DNA of 64,000 nucleotides from Corallochytrium limacisporum Hawaii. Taxonomy: Eukaryota > Protista > Pluriformea. Below, piece after piece: positions 21,441 through 32,318 of the stretch. Position 1 is the stretch's first letter, and each line of letters opens with the position of its first letter. The notes beneath the pieces were generated by a model, which saw only the letters and a program-made list of their open reading frames with translations, was not told the origin of the DNA and made no database searches. The stretch spans positions 1-64,000 of the forward strand of contig PDIP01000258.1 of NCBI GenBank assembly GCA_002811645.1, read 5' to 3'. Made by a program: the position numbers and the translations under genes.

Positions 21441-23837
21441 ATGTCGCAAACACAGGAAAGAAACTCCACGTTTGCGCGTTCTGAGGCGATCGCTACGGCT
21501 GCAGCGTATCGGGTGGTTGATGAGGAGGAGCACGAGGAGGGAAGCTTCTACATGCCCCAATTCAGCAGCAACCTAACGGGATCTGGTGAGCAAAACAACA
21601 GCACAGTGGAAGGTAATTGGAATCCGTTCCCTAGGTTTGCAGGAACGCTGTCGTTGAACGAGGGCGGAAAGTTGCCGAACAATATTCCACCTGCTGCTGC
21701 ATATGAGCAGCAGCGCCCGCAGACCTACCGCGAAGGAGGCCAGTGGCCCCAAGCCTACAGTCAGCAGGCTGCTCCGGTAGGTAAATTGAGTGGAAGCCTC
21801 AGAAACCTCAACGACTCTTCTGCTCCTCAAAGTCCCGGTGGTGCATCCTTCCATCAAGACCTGCATCACAAGATGGGAAATCTGCAGAATTACGATGATA
21901 TTGCGGTGCGTATCCGGTCTAGTTCAGACTTCCAGGTCCAGCACCAGAGACCATTGACCGAGCGAGGACAACGCCGTTCCACCTCGTTCGGCATGGATGG
22001 GGCCCCTCCTCTGATGAACACTAGCAATGCTTCCATGATGAGCCAAAGCACTATGTCCATGAACGATAGCGCGTCCATGATGGGAAGCATGTCTTCGTCA
22101 AAACTTTCCATGAATGCACCTGGCCAAGGCAGACGCCGTCAGTGGAGTGTTGGTGAAGAGGCGCTTACAGAGTACCGTGGTCCTCCACAGCCGCATCACG
22201 CTACTCCGTACGACATGACTCCATCCGAACCGTTACCCTTGGGCACCATGCGAGCCCATGCGGCAAGTGTCGATGAGTCGAGCCAAAGCTCACTCCTTTA
22301 TGGATCGGAGCCCAGCAGCGCTGGTTCAACCTCCATGCACCAGAGCATGCCCAACATGGCTCCAATGGGGGTCTCCCTGCCGTCCCGTGTCGTACCCGGT
22401 GCAGGCATGCAGACATCGGCCCCTGGAAGCATGCCGAAGAACAAGGTGCAGTTGTGCCGTTTCTATCAACAGGGCCACTGCAAACACGGTGACCGCTGCC
22501 AGTACTTGCACGAAGTGCCCGGCATCATGCCCACCATGCATGGACAGATGCCCATGATGGCCATGCCCACCGGAGGCGTCTACGCCATGGCATCTCAGTC
22601 GAGTATGGCCACCAAGAGTACCTCGTCGATGTCCGTGGCCAGCACTCTTCCGTCTGCGAGCATGGGCACTCTTCCGTCTGCGAGCATGGGCAGTCTTCCG
22701 TCCGCCAGTATGGGCAGCCTTCCGTCCGCCAGTATGGGCAGTCTGGCAGGCTCTACTCCGGACTTTGTCGGCGTTAACCTGTATGACATGAAGGGTAATA
22801 TATATGCCGCTGCCCAAGATCAGCAGGGCTGCCGCTTCTTGCAAAGGAAGCTAGATGAAGGTGACCCAGAGAACTTCCGTCTGATCTACGCAGAGGTCAA
22901 GGACCACCTGCCCCAGCTTATGGTGGATCCATTCGGCAACTATCTGTGCCAGCGCCTGCTGGACCATTCCAACACCAAGGAGCGTGCTGAGATTGTGCAC
23001 GCCATCCGCCACGAAATTGTGCCGATGAGCCTCAACATGCACGGCACGCGTGCCCTGCAGAAATTGATCGAGCAAATCGATCTCTGCGATACTGAGAGTC
23101 GTAAGGTGCTCATCGATGAGCTCAAGACTGATGTTGTCAAGCTGGTGATCAATCCCAGCGGCAACCATGTCATCCAGCGCTGCCTCCAGGCGCTGACTCC
23201 AGAAGAGGCACAGTTCATCTTCGACGCTGTGGCTAACAAATGCCGTGAAGTGGCCACCCACCGCCATGGATGCTGCGTTTTGCAGCGTTGCATCGATCGT
23301 GCGAGCCCCGCTCAGCGCCAGGCTATGATTGATGTGATCAGTGACAATGCACTGCCTTTGATCCAAGATGCATATGGCAACTACGTCTTGCAGTATGTAC
23401 TCAATTTGAACGAACCCCGGCACACTCGTGCCGTAATTCAGCGCCTCCTTGGATCCATTTGTCTGCTAAGTATTCAAAAGTACAGCAGCAATGCTGTTGA
23501 GAAATGTTTCGAGGTTGCGTCCAAGGACCAGAGGACCGCCATGATCAATGAATTGATTGACCCTCAGTGGTTGCGGCGTCTTGTGACAGATCCTTTCGCG
23601 AATTATGTGATCCAAAAGGCTTTGAAGCACTGCCAGCCTCATGAGCGGGAGACACTGGTCAATGCCATTCGCCGCCATGAGGATGTGCTTTGCGCAACCC
23701 CATATGGCCGCAAGCTACAGCTCAAGATCAACAAGGAGTACGCTCCTCCGTCTGCCGCCGGCACAGTGCAGCAGTCCGCTCACTCGAACACGGGTAGTGG
23801 ACAAAACCATCCCAACTTGCAGGCCCAGGAATCCTAG
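21441..23837 (+). CDS. Pumilio/PUF RNA-binding protein, Puf4-type, with a CCCH zinc finger
   Basis: CCCH finger LCRFYQQGHCKHGDRCQYLH. Eight PUF repeats with recognition residues CR-Q, NY-Q, TR-Q, NH-Q, CC-Q, NY-Q, SN-E, NY-Q. Confidence 0.92.
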   Translation: MSQTQERNSTFARSEAIATAAAYRVVDEEEHEEGSFYMPQFSSNLTGSGEQNNSTVEGNWNPFPRFAGTLSLNEGGKLPNNIPPAAAYEQQRPQTYREGGQWPQAYSQQAAPVGKLSGSLRNLNDSSAPQSPGGASFHQDLHHKMGNLQNYDDIAVRIRSSSDFQVQHQRPLTERGQRRSTSFGMDGAPPLMNTSNASMMSQSTMSMNDSASMMGSMSSSKLSMNAPGQGRRRQWSVGEEALTEYRGPPQPHHATPYDMTPSEPLPLGTMRAHAASVDESSQSSLLYGSEPSSAGSTSMHQSMPNMAPMGVSLPSRVVPGAGMQTSAPGSMPKNKVQLCRFYQQGHCKHGDRCQYLHEVPGIMPTMHGQMPMMAMPTGGVYAMASQSSMATKSTSSMSVASTLPSASMGTLPSASMGSLPSASMGSLPSASMGSLAGSTPDFVGVNLYDMKGNIYAAAQDQQGCRFLQRKLDEGDPENFRLIYAEVKDHLPQLMVDPFGNYLCQRLLDHSNTKERAEIVHAIRHEIVPMSLNMHGTRALQKLIEQIDLCDTESRKVLIDELKTDVVKLVINPSGNHVIQRCLQALTPEEAQFIFDAVANKCREVATHRHGCCVLQRCIDRASPAQRQAMIDVISDNALPLIQDAYGNYVLQYVLNLNEPRHTRAVIQRLLGSICLLSIQKYSSNAVEKCFEVASKDQRTAMINELIDPQWLRRLVTDPFANYVIQKALKHCQPHERETLVNAIRRHEDVLCATPYGRKLQLKINKEYAPPSAAGTVQQSAHSNTGSGQNHPNLQAQES
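22644..22745 (+). repeat. coding tandem repeat, 4 x 24 bp ((T/S)LPSASMG)
   Basis: actcttccgtctgcgagcatgggc twice, then ag(t/c)cttccgtccgccagtatgggc twice. Confidence 0.9.
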
Positions 23838-24371
23838 AGTTTCTTGTATCCCCATTGCATCACACTCACTCACACACCCACACACACAAGAACGCGGGGG
23901 ACCTGCATGATAATGGCATGTCTGTCAGTGCAAACTGCCTTTGCCTGGCCGTAGTCGTCGCTCCTAATCTAGCTTTGACCCGTTGTCAACTGCGGAGGTG
24001 ACGCTTTAAGTTCACGCAAATTCTTCGTCTTTGCTCGTTTTGTTCTCCCTTAATTTTGTATCATTCCCTCTTCCCATGTATCCTTTGCAAGCCGTTGCAG
24101 AGCACTAGTAGTAATATCTGTAATCCGTGTGAGGCCCTCAAATATCGTAACGGAATTCGAAATTCACCGTCATAGTCTATCCGATATCCTTGATCAGTTG
24201 GTGTCAACGGGTTGTCCTAGAACGATATGGGGCGTTGTATCCTATCTTGCACCATGTAATTTTGTTCAAAATTCAAGTATTCTAATTTTGTAATACAATC
24301 TTTTTACAATAACATCCTTCATCCTGGCATGATCACCACGCCATCATTCTTTACGCACGATATTCAAGAAA

Positions 24372-24860
24372 CTACCGAGTGTTCTTGACCTGCTCCATGA
24401 AGCCAGCCTCCTGCTTTTCTATCTTATTCTGCATCTGAGCGATGGAGACCACTTCACTAATCTTTGTCTCGAGCACTAACCCACCCATAATTACTTCGTT
24501 GAGAATATACATAACCTTGTCGACGTGGAAGATCAGATCAAGTTCACAGACGTTTTCAAAGGCACGGTCCAGAGCTTCCACGAACACCTGAATCAAATCC
24601 AGGATTCCCAACTCCGACTCGGCTGAGTCTGCCACAAAAACAAAGTACAGAGTGGCGTAGTGTCGATAAATGATCAGTCCGTCTTCGACATCCAGCTCTC
24701 CTGCTGCCTCCAGGAAATTACAGGCAGTGTCTGGCCGCTTGACTACCATTGAATAAGTGTCCGCAAGCATCTTCTGTTGTTTAGCCTCTGTTAATTTTGT
24801 ATAAAATTTGGTCAGACGGGCTTTCCCCGAGTTGTTGAAGACCATGACGGCGTGAATCAT
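24372..24860 (-). CDS. AP3S: AP-3 complex subunit sigma
   Basis: MIHAVMVFNNSGKARLTKFY, IYRHYATLYFVF..ESELGILDLIQVFVEALD..FENVCELDLIFH, GGLVLET. ATG at 24860. Confidence 0.93.
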   Translation of the reverse strand: MIHAVMVFNNSGKARLTKFYTKLTEAKQQKMLADTYSMVVKRPDTACNFLEAAGELDVEDGLIIYRHYATLYFVFVADSAESELGILDLIQVFVEALDRAFENVCELDLIFHVDKVMYILNEVIMGGLVLETKISEVVSIAQMQNKIEKQEAGFMEQVKNTR

Positions 24861-25551
24861 GGTTGCCGGTTCACTGTGTAAACACAAAACTGGATACTTT
24901 CTTGCCTATCACTCCCGTCTTCCTTGGTTCTTGTTGCCGTTGTGTGTATTGTTGGGCGGACTCGAATATGGGGACGGGGTGTTACTACGTTGCGGATTAG
25001 TTCAGCCAGTGGGACAAGTTTGTTCGCACTCTGGATCACCTAAAGTAACCAAGTTGTACACTGGTGCTCAATTTTTTTTCAATAACTAGCTCAAAAAGAC
25101 GCCAAATCCCAACATTCTATGGATTCCAGGACTGCGTAATCGTACAGTGGTCAGTCGAACGCAGCGCGACATCTTCCCCCCCCCTCATCGCGGTCCTTCC
25201 TGGTTCTCCTGGGCCGGCAAGAACTGGGAGAGAATTCACAGCAGGAGAGGCCCTGGGCTGTTTCAACCCTCCCTCCCGCACTCTTCCCCTCCACTACCCC
25301 CCCCCGGGGGGGGGGGCCGGGGGGAGGGACCCATATTTCACGCGGGTCTCACCGCATGCGCAAGGTATCTGCACTGTCCCCACTTTTCCACACATGCAAC
25401 ACAGTTATTTTAGAGACTTCGGCTCATACAAACAGATCCTGTGCGCAATTACATAATTCGCCGGGTTCCTTTACTATGTGAATGTGATCTGGAAAGAGGA
25501 CAGACGATGTGATAGCACGCATGGGAGAACTTCACAATCGAACCTAGAATC

Positions 25552-28500
25552 ATGGGCAAGAAGCGAAAGGCTGGTTCAGGCTCAGCAGATGCTGGATACC
25601 AGGTTAGAACTGGCGCTAGTTCTGCCATTCTTGACGATCATTTCTTTCCAGAAGGTGCAAATGGTGGAGGAAATGGTAGCAATGCGTTAGTTATTGATCC
25701 GGCAGTTGTAGAAGCGGAGCGCGAGAAGCGGAAGGCTGCTGTACCTGAGCCCCAAGCAATCCCACTGTCCAAGAAGAAGCGCAAGAAACTGCAAAAGATC
25801 CTGGATCGTAAACGGAAGAAAATCGACCGTGAACGTTTGATTAACGAAATGCAGGGAAAGTTTGTGACTCCAGAGCAGCAGGCGCTGCTTCTCAAAACAA
25901 GTGAAATCGGTAAGGGCAAGTCCACGCGGCGAGAACAGGCGCAGCGCATTCATCAGCTCCGGACGGCCGGCATTGACCCTGAAATGGAGGACTTGCGGGC
26001 GGTATACAGTAAAGGCTCACAGGTCATAGCGTCACAGCTAAAGAAAGAGCCCAAGAAACCCCAAGCACGTGGATCGCAGCATCGACAAATGGAATTCGAC
26101 GGCTTTGACTCGGACAGTGATGACTCCGATCACGACTCATCGGATGAGGGAGACGAAGCTAGTGAGAACAAAGAGACGTCAGAAGAGTCGAATAGAGAAT
26201 CGAAGACGAGTGACAAAGTACTTGGAGACGTCGGACATGGTGCAGAAGATTTGGCCCCTGTGCCGGTACAGTCGAAGAAGCCCGCAGAGTTTATTCCGCG
26301 TGGGCCGGATCCGGAGGACATCGTACCTGCACCTGTAATTACCGATGACGACAAACAGCAGGCGATCTTTGTGATACCTGACCGAACCCAAGCCGTGCAG
26401 GATGCTCGCAGCAATCTTCCAATCATCGGCGAAGAGCATGTCATTATGGAAAAGATACGTGCCAACGACGTTGTAATCATCTGTGGTGAGACAGGTTCGG
26501 GAAAGAGTACGCAGGTTCCGCAGTTCCTCTACGAAGGAGGCTACAGCCACCCGGGCTGTGATAGTGCTACTGGTATGATTGGCATGACTGAACCCCGGCG
26601 GGTTGCTGCCATAGCCATGGCCGCGCGGATTGGTTATGAAATGAACCTAGGGGCACCCCGTGTAGCGTACCAGATCCGTCACGAAGGTAATGCCAGTGAA
26701 CGCACACAGATTAAGATAATGACCGACGGTATCCTCATGCGAGAGGTCTCAGATGACTTTATGCTCTCCAAGTACAGTGCATTGATTCTTGATGAGGCTC
26801 ATGAGCGATCGATGCATACCGATATTCTCATAGGCCTGCTAAGTCGTATTGTACCATTGCGGCGGAAAAAATGGGAGGAATGGAAGAAGAACAAGCAGCA
26901 ACAGTCGAAGGACACTGATTGCAAAGAGGATAGTGAGAGCCCCCCGGTGCCGGGACCCTTGAAATTGGTTATCATGTCCGCAACTTTGCGCGTGGAGGAT
27001 TTTGTAGCCAATCGCAAACTGTTTCCAGAACCACCACCGGTGGTGAACATCAAGGCCCGACAGCATCCCGTGACTGTGCGCTTTAGCAAGCGCACGCCGG
27101 AGTTCTACATGGAAGAAGCGTTCCGGATTTGCAAGAAGATCCATCGTAAGCTGCCTGATGGCGCCATTCTCGTGTTTGTAACAGGCCAGAGCGAAGTTAA
27201 AGGTCTGGTACGCAAGCTGCGTGAGGGACTTGGAGAACGTGAGATCCGCACAAACGCCAAGAAGAAATTGGAAAGGAAGCGCACTGGTGCCCTGTCTAAG
27301 GAGAGTGACCAAAGCAAAGTTTTTGTTGATCTGGACTCGTACAGAGTGGATGAGAACGATAACGCCCATGCCCTCGAAGCCGGTGAGGAACCTGAACTTG
27401 GCTCAGATGATGAAGAAGTCAAGTTCAGGGACACAGACGATGCCGATGATGATGATGATGATTATGACTGGGATAATGATTTCGAGACAATGGGGGACGA
27501 GGATGATGAGGCTCTGAATGAAGTCCTGGATGCGGAATCCAAGATGTCCCGCAAGGAGTCCAAGATTGATGTCTTGCCTTTCTTCAGTCTCTTATCGTCT
27601 GATGACCAACGGAAGGTCTTTGCTCCTTCACCTGAAGGCTACCGTCGCATTGTAGTCTCAACCAACGTTGCAGAGACGTCTTTGACCATTCCTAACATTC
27701 GCTATGTCATTGACTGCGGAAAGGCTAAAGAGCGCGTTTACCGAGGAAACACGGGCATGAGTGAATTCGTGGTGGACTGGATCTCTCGCGCGAGCGCACA
27801 ACAGCGGGCTGGTCGCGCCGGTCGTACGGGTCCTGGTCGATGTTATCGTATGTATTCCACTGCACTCTACGCCAATGTCATGAATGACTTTGCTGAGCCA
27901 GAGATTACCCAGATGCCGATAGATGGCCTTGTCCTCCAGATGAAGGGTATGAACATTCACAACATTGTCAATTTTCCGTTCCCCTCAGCACCAAGCCACG
28001 CCTCGCTGGAGAATTCCTTGACAACCCTGAAAAGTTTAGGGGCCTTGAACGTGGACGATGAGATCACGCCCCTCGGGCAAATCATCGGCCGCTTCCCCAT
28101 TAGCCCGCGGTACGGGAAGATGATCAGTGTTGGCTTGCAACGCTATGAGATCATAGAGTACATTATTGCTATCTGTGCGGCCATGTCGGTTCGTGAACTG
28201 TTCCACACTTTCAACCACTCGAGCTCTGAGGGTGACCGTAGAGAAGGCGAAGGCGCTGAGGATGACAAGAAACTGTCAGCACAAGTCGAGCGCAAAGTAA
28301 ACAAAGCAGTGCATTTCTTTGCCGGGCGCTCTCCCCGTTCTGATCTCATTACACTCCTGCGTGCCATTGGCGCGTTCGAATACAGTCAGGGAAACGAGGC
28401 CTGGTGCCGAAGCCACGGCCTGCGACACAAAGGCATGCTCGAAGTGCGAAAGCTGCGGGCCCAACTGACTCGCACGGTCGCCGCCCTGCAGCTCAGTATG

Positions 28501-29280
28501 AAGGGGCGTACCACAAAGGATGGTAAGACCATCGATCTTACTCTAAATCCGAAGCTCAAGCCTCCCACGGATGCACAGGAGGATATCATCCGGCAGGTAA
28601 TGCTCAGTGCGTTTGGTGATTGTGTCGCGCGCAAGAGTTCGTCACAGTCCAATGCCCGGTACACACTCTATGAGGCTTGCAATCCGAGCTTTGATGAACT
28701 TCTGGTGCTCCATCCAGACTCCGCACTCGTTAGCACACGCGAACCTTACCTGATCTACCACGAATTGCAACAGACACCAAAGGGCATGTATCTGCGTAAG
28801 GTCACTATCATTGAACCGCAGTGGCTGCCCGTCCTGGTCCGGACAGGCACTCATTTGGGCAAGGCCCTCGACACCCCAGTACCAACCTGGAACGAAACCA
28901 AGGGTTGCGTGGACGGTCTGGTGCCGTCATCTTTTGGCCCGAAGCGGTGGGATGTGCCTCCGGTCAAAATGAAACTTCCTGACGATGACGATGCAACTGT
29001 GCGCTGGTTCGCACGATTCCTGCTGGAGGGAACAGTGCTGCCCCGACTGGCTGCTTTCCGTGAGCACCTCATCTCTCAGCCTAACGTTGTTACCAAAGGA
29101 TTCCCGCAGCCCAAGATCATGGCTCTGCTCCAACCTCTGCGGGATGAAGGAATCACTACCCGTTCGCAGCTTGTGGAGGTCATGTCCGCCCGACCGCGAT
29201 TTCTTCTGGATGCCTTTTTGCAGTGGCTACCCAAGACCCTACACGCTGAGTGTGTGCGTTCATGGCCACCTCTGGAATGA
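25552..29280 (+). CDS. DHX37: DEAH-box RNA helicase DHX37/Dhr1 (SSU biogenesis)
   Basis: GETGSGKSTQVPQFLYEGGY, TEPRRVAA, DEAHER, KLVIMSATLRVEDF, TNVAETSLTIP, QRAGRAGRTGPGRCYR, HA2 domain; MGKKRK N-terminus. Confidence 0.93.
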   Translation: MGKKRKAGSGSADAGYQVRTGASSAILDDHFFPEGANGGGNGSNALVIDPAVVEAEREKRKAAVPEPQAIPLSKKKRKKLQKILDRKRKKIDRERLINEMQGKFVTPEQQALLLKTSEIGKGKSTRREQAQRIHQLRTAGIDPEMEDLRAVYSKGSQVIASQLKKEPKKPQARGSQHRQMEFDGFDSDSDDSDHDSSDEGDEASENKETSEESNRESKTSDKVLGDVGHGAEDLAPVPVQSKKPAEFIPRGPDPEDIVPAPVITDDDKQQAIFVIPDRTQAVQDARSNLPIIGEEHVIMEKIRANDVVIICGETGSGKSTQVPQFLYEGGYSHPGCDSATGMIGMTEPRRVAAIAMAARIGYEMNLGAPRVAYQIRHEGNASERTQIKIMTDGILMREVSDDFMLSKYSALILDEAHERSMHTDILIGLLSRIVPLRRKKWEEWKKNKQQQSKDTDCKEDSESPPVPGPLKLVIMSATLRVEDFVANRKLFPEPPPVVNIKARQHPVTVRFSKRTPEFYMEEAFRICKKIHRKLPDGAILVFVTGQSEVKGLVRKLREGLGEREIRTNAKKKLERKRTGALSKESDQSKVFVDLDSYRVDENDNAHALEAGEEPELGSDDEEVKFRDTDDADDDDDDYDWDNDFETMGDEDDEALNEVLDAESKMSRKESKIDVLPFFSLLSSDDQRKVFAPSPEGYRRIVVSTNVAETSLTIPNIRYVIDCGKAKERVYRGNTGMSEFVVDWISRASAQQRAGRAGRTGPGRCYRMYSTALYANVMNDFAEPEITQMPIDGLVLQMKGMNIHNIVNFPFPSAPSHASLENSLTTLKSLGALNVDDEITPLGQIIGRFPISPRYGKMISVGLQRYEIIEYIIAICAAMSVRELFHTFNHSSSEGDRREGEGAEDDKKLSAQVERKVNKAVHFFAGRSPRSDLITLLRAIGAFEYSQGNEAWCRSHGLRHKGMLEVRKLRAQLTRTVAALQLSMKGRTTKDGKTIDLTLNPKLKPPTDAQEDIIRQVMLSAFGDCVARKSSSQSNARYTLYEACNPSFDELLVLHPDSALVSTREPYLIYHELQQTPKGMYLRKVTIIEPQWLPVLVRTGTHLGKALDTPVPTWNETKGCVDGLVPSSFGPKRWDVPPVKMKLPDDDDATVRWFARFLLEGTVLPRLAAFREHLISQPNVVTKGFPQPKIMALLQPLRDEGITTRSQLVEVMSARPRFLLDAFLQWLPKTLHAECVRSWPPLE

Positions 29281-29369
29281 AATTAGAAAGAGTTTCGGTT
29301 CCGTCTTATATACAGCTGGTTGTGTAGTCACTAAACACGTTATTGTACGCTTTACTATTGATTCAAGTT

Positions 29370-32318
29370 TCAGATGATAATGAGCATGACCAGGACTATA
29401 CAGCACGGAACAATCAGCGAATCCACACCGTCTAACAGCAGTGTTTCAGGCACATTGGCCACTATTCCGACGACTGCCAGAGTCACCGCTACAGCATGTA
29501 GCTCTTGAGAGCGGAATAACAGCTCGTATTGGTGTCGAACCTCGGATATGGTCACATAGAAAGCAACTTGCAGGAGCACTGGAGTCGCGTACGTTGCCAC
29601 CTCGTACAAGAAACCTGTAGATGAGTAGCTCGAGACACTAAAGATGGTACAGATGTGCGATGCAGCCTGCTGGATGACCATGAAGAGTACTGACGGATTC
29701 GCAGTCGCAAGACACGTCTGCCACTCCAACAGGCCACCCTTCTGCCGCGTGCATGGCAGCCAGAGCCCTTGACTTTCGATCATTGCTTGAGCAGCAAGGT
29801 GGCCGGCGGCAATGAGATCGCCGAGATGCCAGGTCGCGAGACTGAGTAGAGTACAGCGGCGTAGAGCGCTGAGACCGAAGGTTCCGCCCTTGCGGTGACG
29901 GATTGAAGGATACAGTACCGCCACCGTGAGCAGAAGCAGCGGCGTCATGAAGCTCAGTCCGAGAAGGACGTTCGCAGTCGCTAAGCCGACTATCGTCCAC
30001 AGTCCCAGCATTTGGAGAGGCCACATGCCGCCGAGGACGTGCAATACCTCCAGTACATCGCCGATTATGGCCAGGATGCAGTAAAGGACCAGCGTCGCCC
30101 CTCCAGTTACCAGAAGTGTTGATGGCGGAGGTAGGGCTTGGTGGACGATGCTATTGCCTTCAGTGAGAGACCACAGGCTAGGCATCTGGCCAGCCACGAT
30201 CGACACGCAAAGAGCCACTGCTGAGAGGCCCATAAGCACTCCACCAGGTCCCATTGGAACACCAGTGCGGACCGCAAATAACCCAACTGACAGCATGCGC
30301 AAACAGGACATGATCCATGGCCGTGCTAGATGCAGCTCCTGTAGCATACTCTCCCAGATATCGTGAGAGACTTCGACGTGAAGTGCAGACTCGGCATTGG
30401 TGACCAGGAGCAACGCAAGCTTGTGTCCAGTCTCAGCATTGATCACGCGCTCGCAGCTTTTCCACATGAGCTGAGACTGTGTGGTGCCATTGGGCACAGG
30501 TACGCGGTGGTACGCCCATTCGATTGCTGCACCACTCTTCTCTTCAGTTTCTGCTGAGTGCATGATCTGAAGACCACCGTGTGTGAAATTGCCGCTCACA
30601 GAAATTGTCACACAGTTTACGGCCAGGCCCAGCGGGCTCTCGTTCGCGCGGACAAGGCTCAATTCAAAAACGTGCCGGTCCCTGCTGAAGCTAAGCATAG
30701 TGTCACTGGAACCCTTCTTGCCAAACGGATCAAGTGTAAATATCTCGCTGGCAGAAGGCTCTGTCGCTAGCAGAACGTCATGAACACCGACTTCAATCAA
30801 AGCGGTCGCCCTGCTCGGCAGCTTGACTCCACCAGCAAGCTCTGTAATGCAAATCAGGGCCAGGCCAGAGGGATCCATTGCATTGGCAACAGGCAGCTGA
30901 AATAGCGTCTCCGGATCCACCATCGTGCGATGCGTCTCAATGTCTTCCTGGGCGTCATCTCCCGACCCTGTCCGCACCGTCACAGTCTTTTCTACTGCGA
31001 TCCTATGCGGACACCGGTGCGTATTTAGAGTGATAATTTGGATGCCACCACCGTCGCTGTTTCTGACCCCCTCTAGGTCCCGCCACTCTGTGACATGTGT
31101 TCGGTGCAAGGAATGTCGACGCCAAGCCCGCTTGTTGACATCTGTGGCATCTGTGTCGTGTTCCGACGGTTCCTTGACCCAGTCACCCGTGTGTTTGTCT
31201 CTGTGTGCCAGTGGAAATGGTCCCATGATACCAGAGTGTTGAAATAGTGTGGTGCGGGCCCGCCGCACCATCTTATCAGTGTCATCGTATTCAGCTATAG
31301 ATCGGAGATTAACGAGCAGTAAGGCCACCTTAACGACCAATTCTTTGCACCACATAAGGCACTGATGGTCGATACTGCGTTGGACGTCCCACACTCGGCT
31401 TGAAGTCGCCGTGACCGCAATGTTTGCAAGCTCATGGCCAGCCGCCGCAAACGGAGAAATTTGAAAGTCACGCAGTCCGCCCCTAAGTGCTACATGCAAC
31501 GTTTTACCTCCTTCGTCATATTGCTGTGCGATGCATTCCAAGGCTGCGTCCTGGAGGGCCAACATGCGTGGATCGTTCTCCCACGGCAATAGATGCAATG
31601 GACTGGCCAGCGACAGTGCCATTACCGGTGCCGCAGCGGCAGAGAGATGGCAGGGCAGGGCGTGGACGGCGAGTCCACCCATCGAATGCCCTAGAAGCCA
31701 CGGCCTGGGTACGGAAACGAGGCCGTGCTCTCTGTAGAATTCATTGATGCAGGCCAGGGCTGTAGACGTATGCTCCACAACGGTGGCCAGCAAAGACGGA
31801 GAGAAGGCCGTGAGTGCCTCGGATGTGTGCAGACTAAAGAATTCGAACGGATAACTTGGTACCTCCGCACTTTCGATGTCATCTACTGTCGGTGGTGTGT
31901 AGGGCAGGGTCTGGTCCTCAGACCATTGCAGGAAGTAGGTGGCGATCGAACGGATCTGCGCCGCACTGCCCGAACTGCCCGGAATAAAGAGCACTGGTTG
32001 GGCACCCTTTCGCAGCCGCAGATCTGAAAGCGACCGCTTCTCATGGGCCTCTGTGTAGAGCCTGAGCTCAAATGGTGTGGCCTTTATGAGGGCGGGGCAT
32101 TCGATGGGCAGCATCCGGGGTCGGCTACGCATCCAGCTCATCCGGCACTGATTTTCTGGCATCTGCCAGGCCTGTTGAAAGAGCTGAACAACCTCGTCTG
32201 TTTCCATCAGGCCCCATGATGGCCTTACAGCCAACAGGTATAGAACCCATAGTGCTCGCCAGATCATTGCGTCAAGCCGTTTTGCTACATTGGCTACTAC
32301 TCTCCCGACCAAGCGCAT
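29370..32318 (-). CDS. PGAP1: GPI inositol-deacylase PGAP1/Bst1-like
   Basis: PVLFIPGSSGSAAQIRSIA, LLGHSMGG lipase motif, GGLRDFQI, IDHQCLMWCKEL; N-terminal hydrophobic segment and multi-TM C-terminus. Start may be the second Met. Confidence 0.85.
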   Translation of the reverse strand: MRLVGRVVANVAKRLDAMIWRALWVLYLLAVRPSWGLMETDEVVQLFQQAWQMPENQCRMSWMRSRPRMLPIECPALIKATPFELRLYTEAHEKRSLSDLRLRKGAQPVLFIPGSSGSAAQIRSIATYFLQWSEDQTLPYTPPTVDDIESAEVPSYPFEFFSLHTSEALTAFSPSLLATVVEHTSTALACINEFYREHGLVSVPRPWLLGHSMGGLAVHALPCHLSAAAAPVMALSLASPLHLLPWENDPRMLALQDAALECIAQQYDEGGKTLHVALRGGLRDFQISPFAAAGHELANIAVTATSSRVWDVQRSIDHQCLMWCKELVVKVALLLVNLRSIAEYDDTDKMVRRARTTLFQHSGIMGPFPLAHRDKHTGDWVKEPSEHDTDATDVNKRAWRRHSLHRTHVTEWRDLEGVRNSDGGGIQIITLNTHRCPHRIAVEKTVTVRTGSGDDAQEDIETHRTMVDPETLFQLPVANAMDPSGLALICITELAGGVKLPSRATALIEVGVHDVLLATEPSASEIFTLDPFGKKGSSDTMLSFSRDRHVFELSLVRANESPLGLAVNCVTISVSGNFTHGGLQIMHSAETEEKSGAAIEWAYHRVPVPNGTTQSQLMWKSCERVINAETGHKLALLLVTNAESALHVEVSHDIWESMLQELHLARPWIMSCLRMLSVGLFAVRTGVPMGPGGVLMGLSAVALCVSIVAGQMPSLWSLTEGNSIVHQALPPPSTLLVTGGATLVLYCILAIIGDVLEVLHVLGGMWPLQMLGLWTIVGLATANVLLGLSFMTPLLLLTVAVLYPSIRHRKGGTFGLSALRRCTLLSLATWHLGDLIAAGHLAAQAMIESQGLWLPCTRQKGGLLEWQTCLATANPSVLFMVIQQAASHICTIFSVSSYSSTGFLYEVATYATPVLLQVAFYVTISEVRHQYELLFRSQELHAVAVTLAVVGIVANVPETLLLDGVDSLIVPCCIVLVMLIII

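Noticed and set aside
22644-22745. CRISPR-like repeat
   Set aside because: The units are contiguous with no spacers and lie in frame within a eukaryotic CDS.
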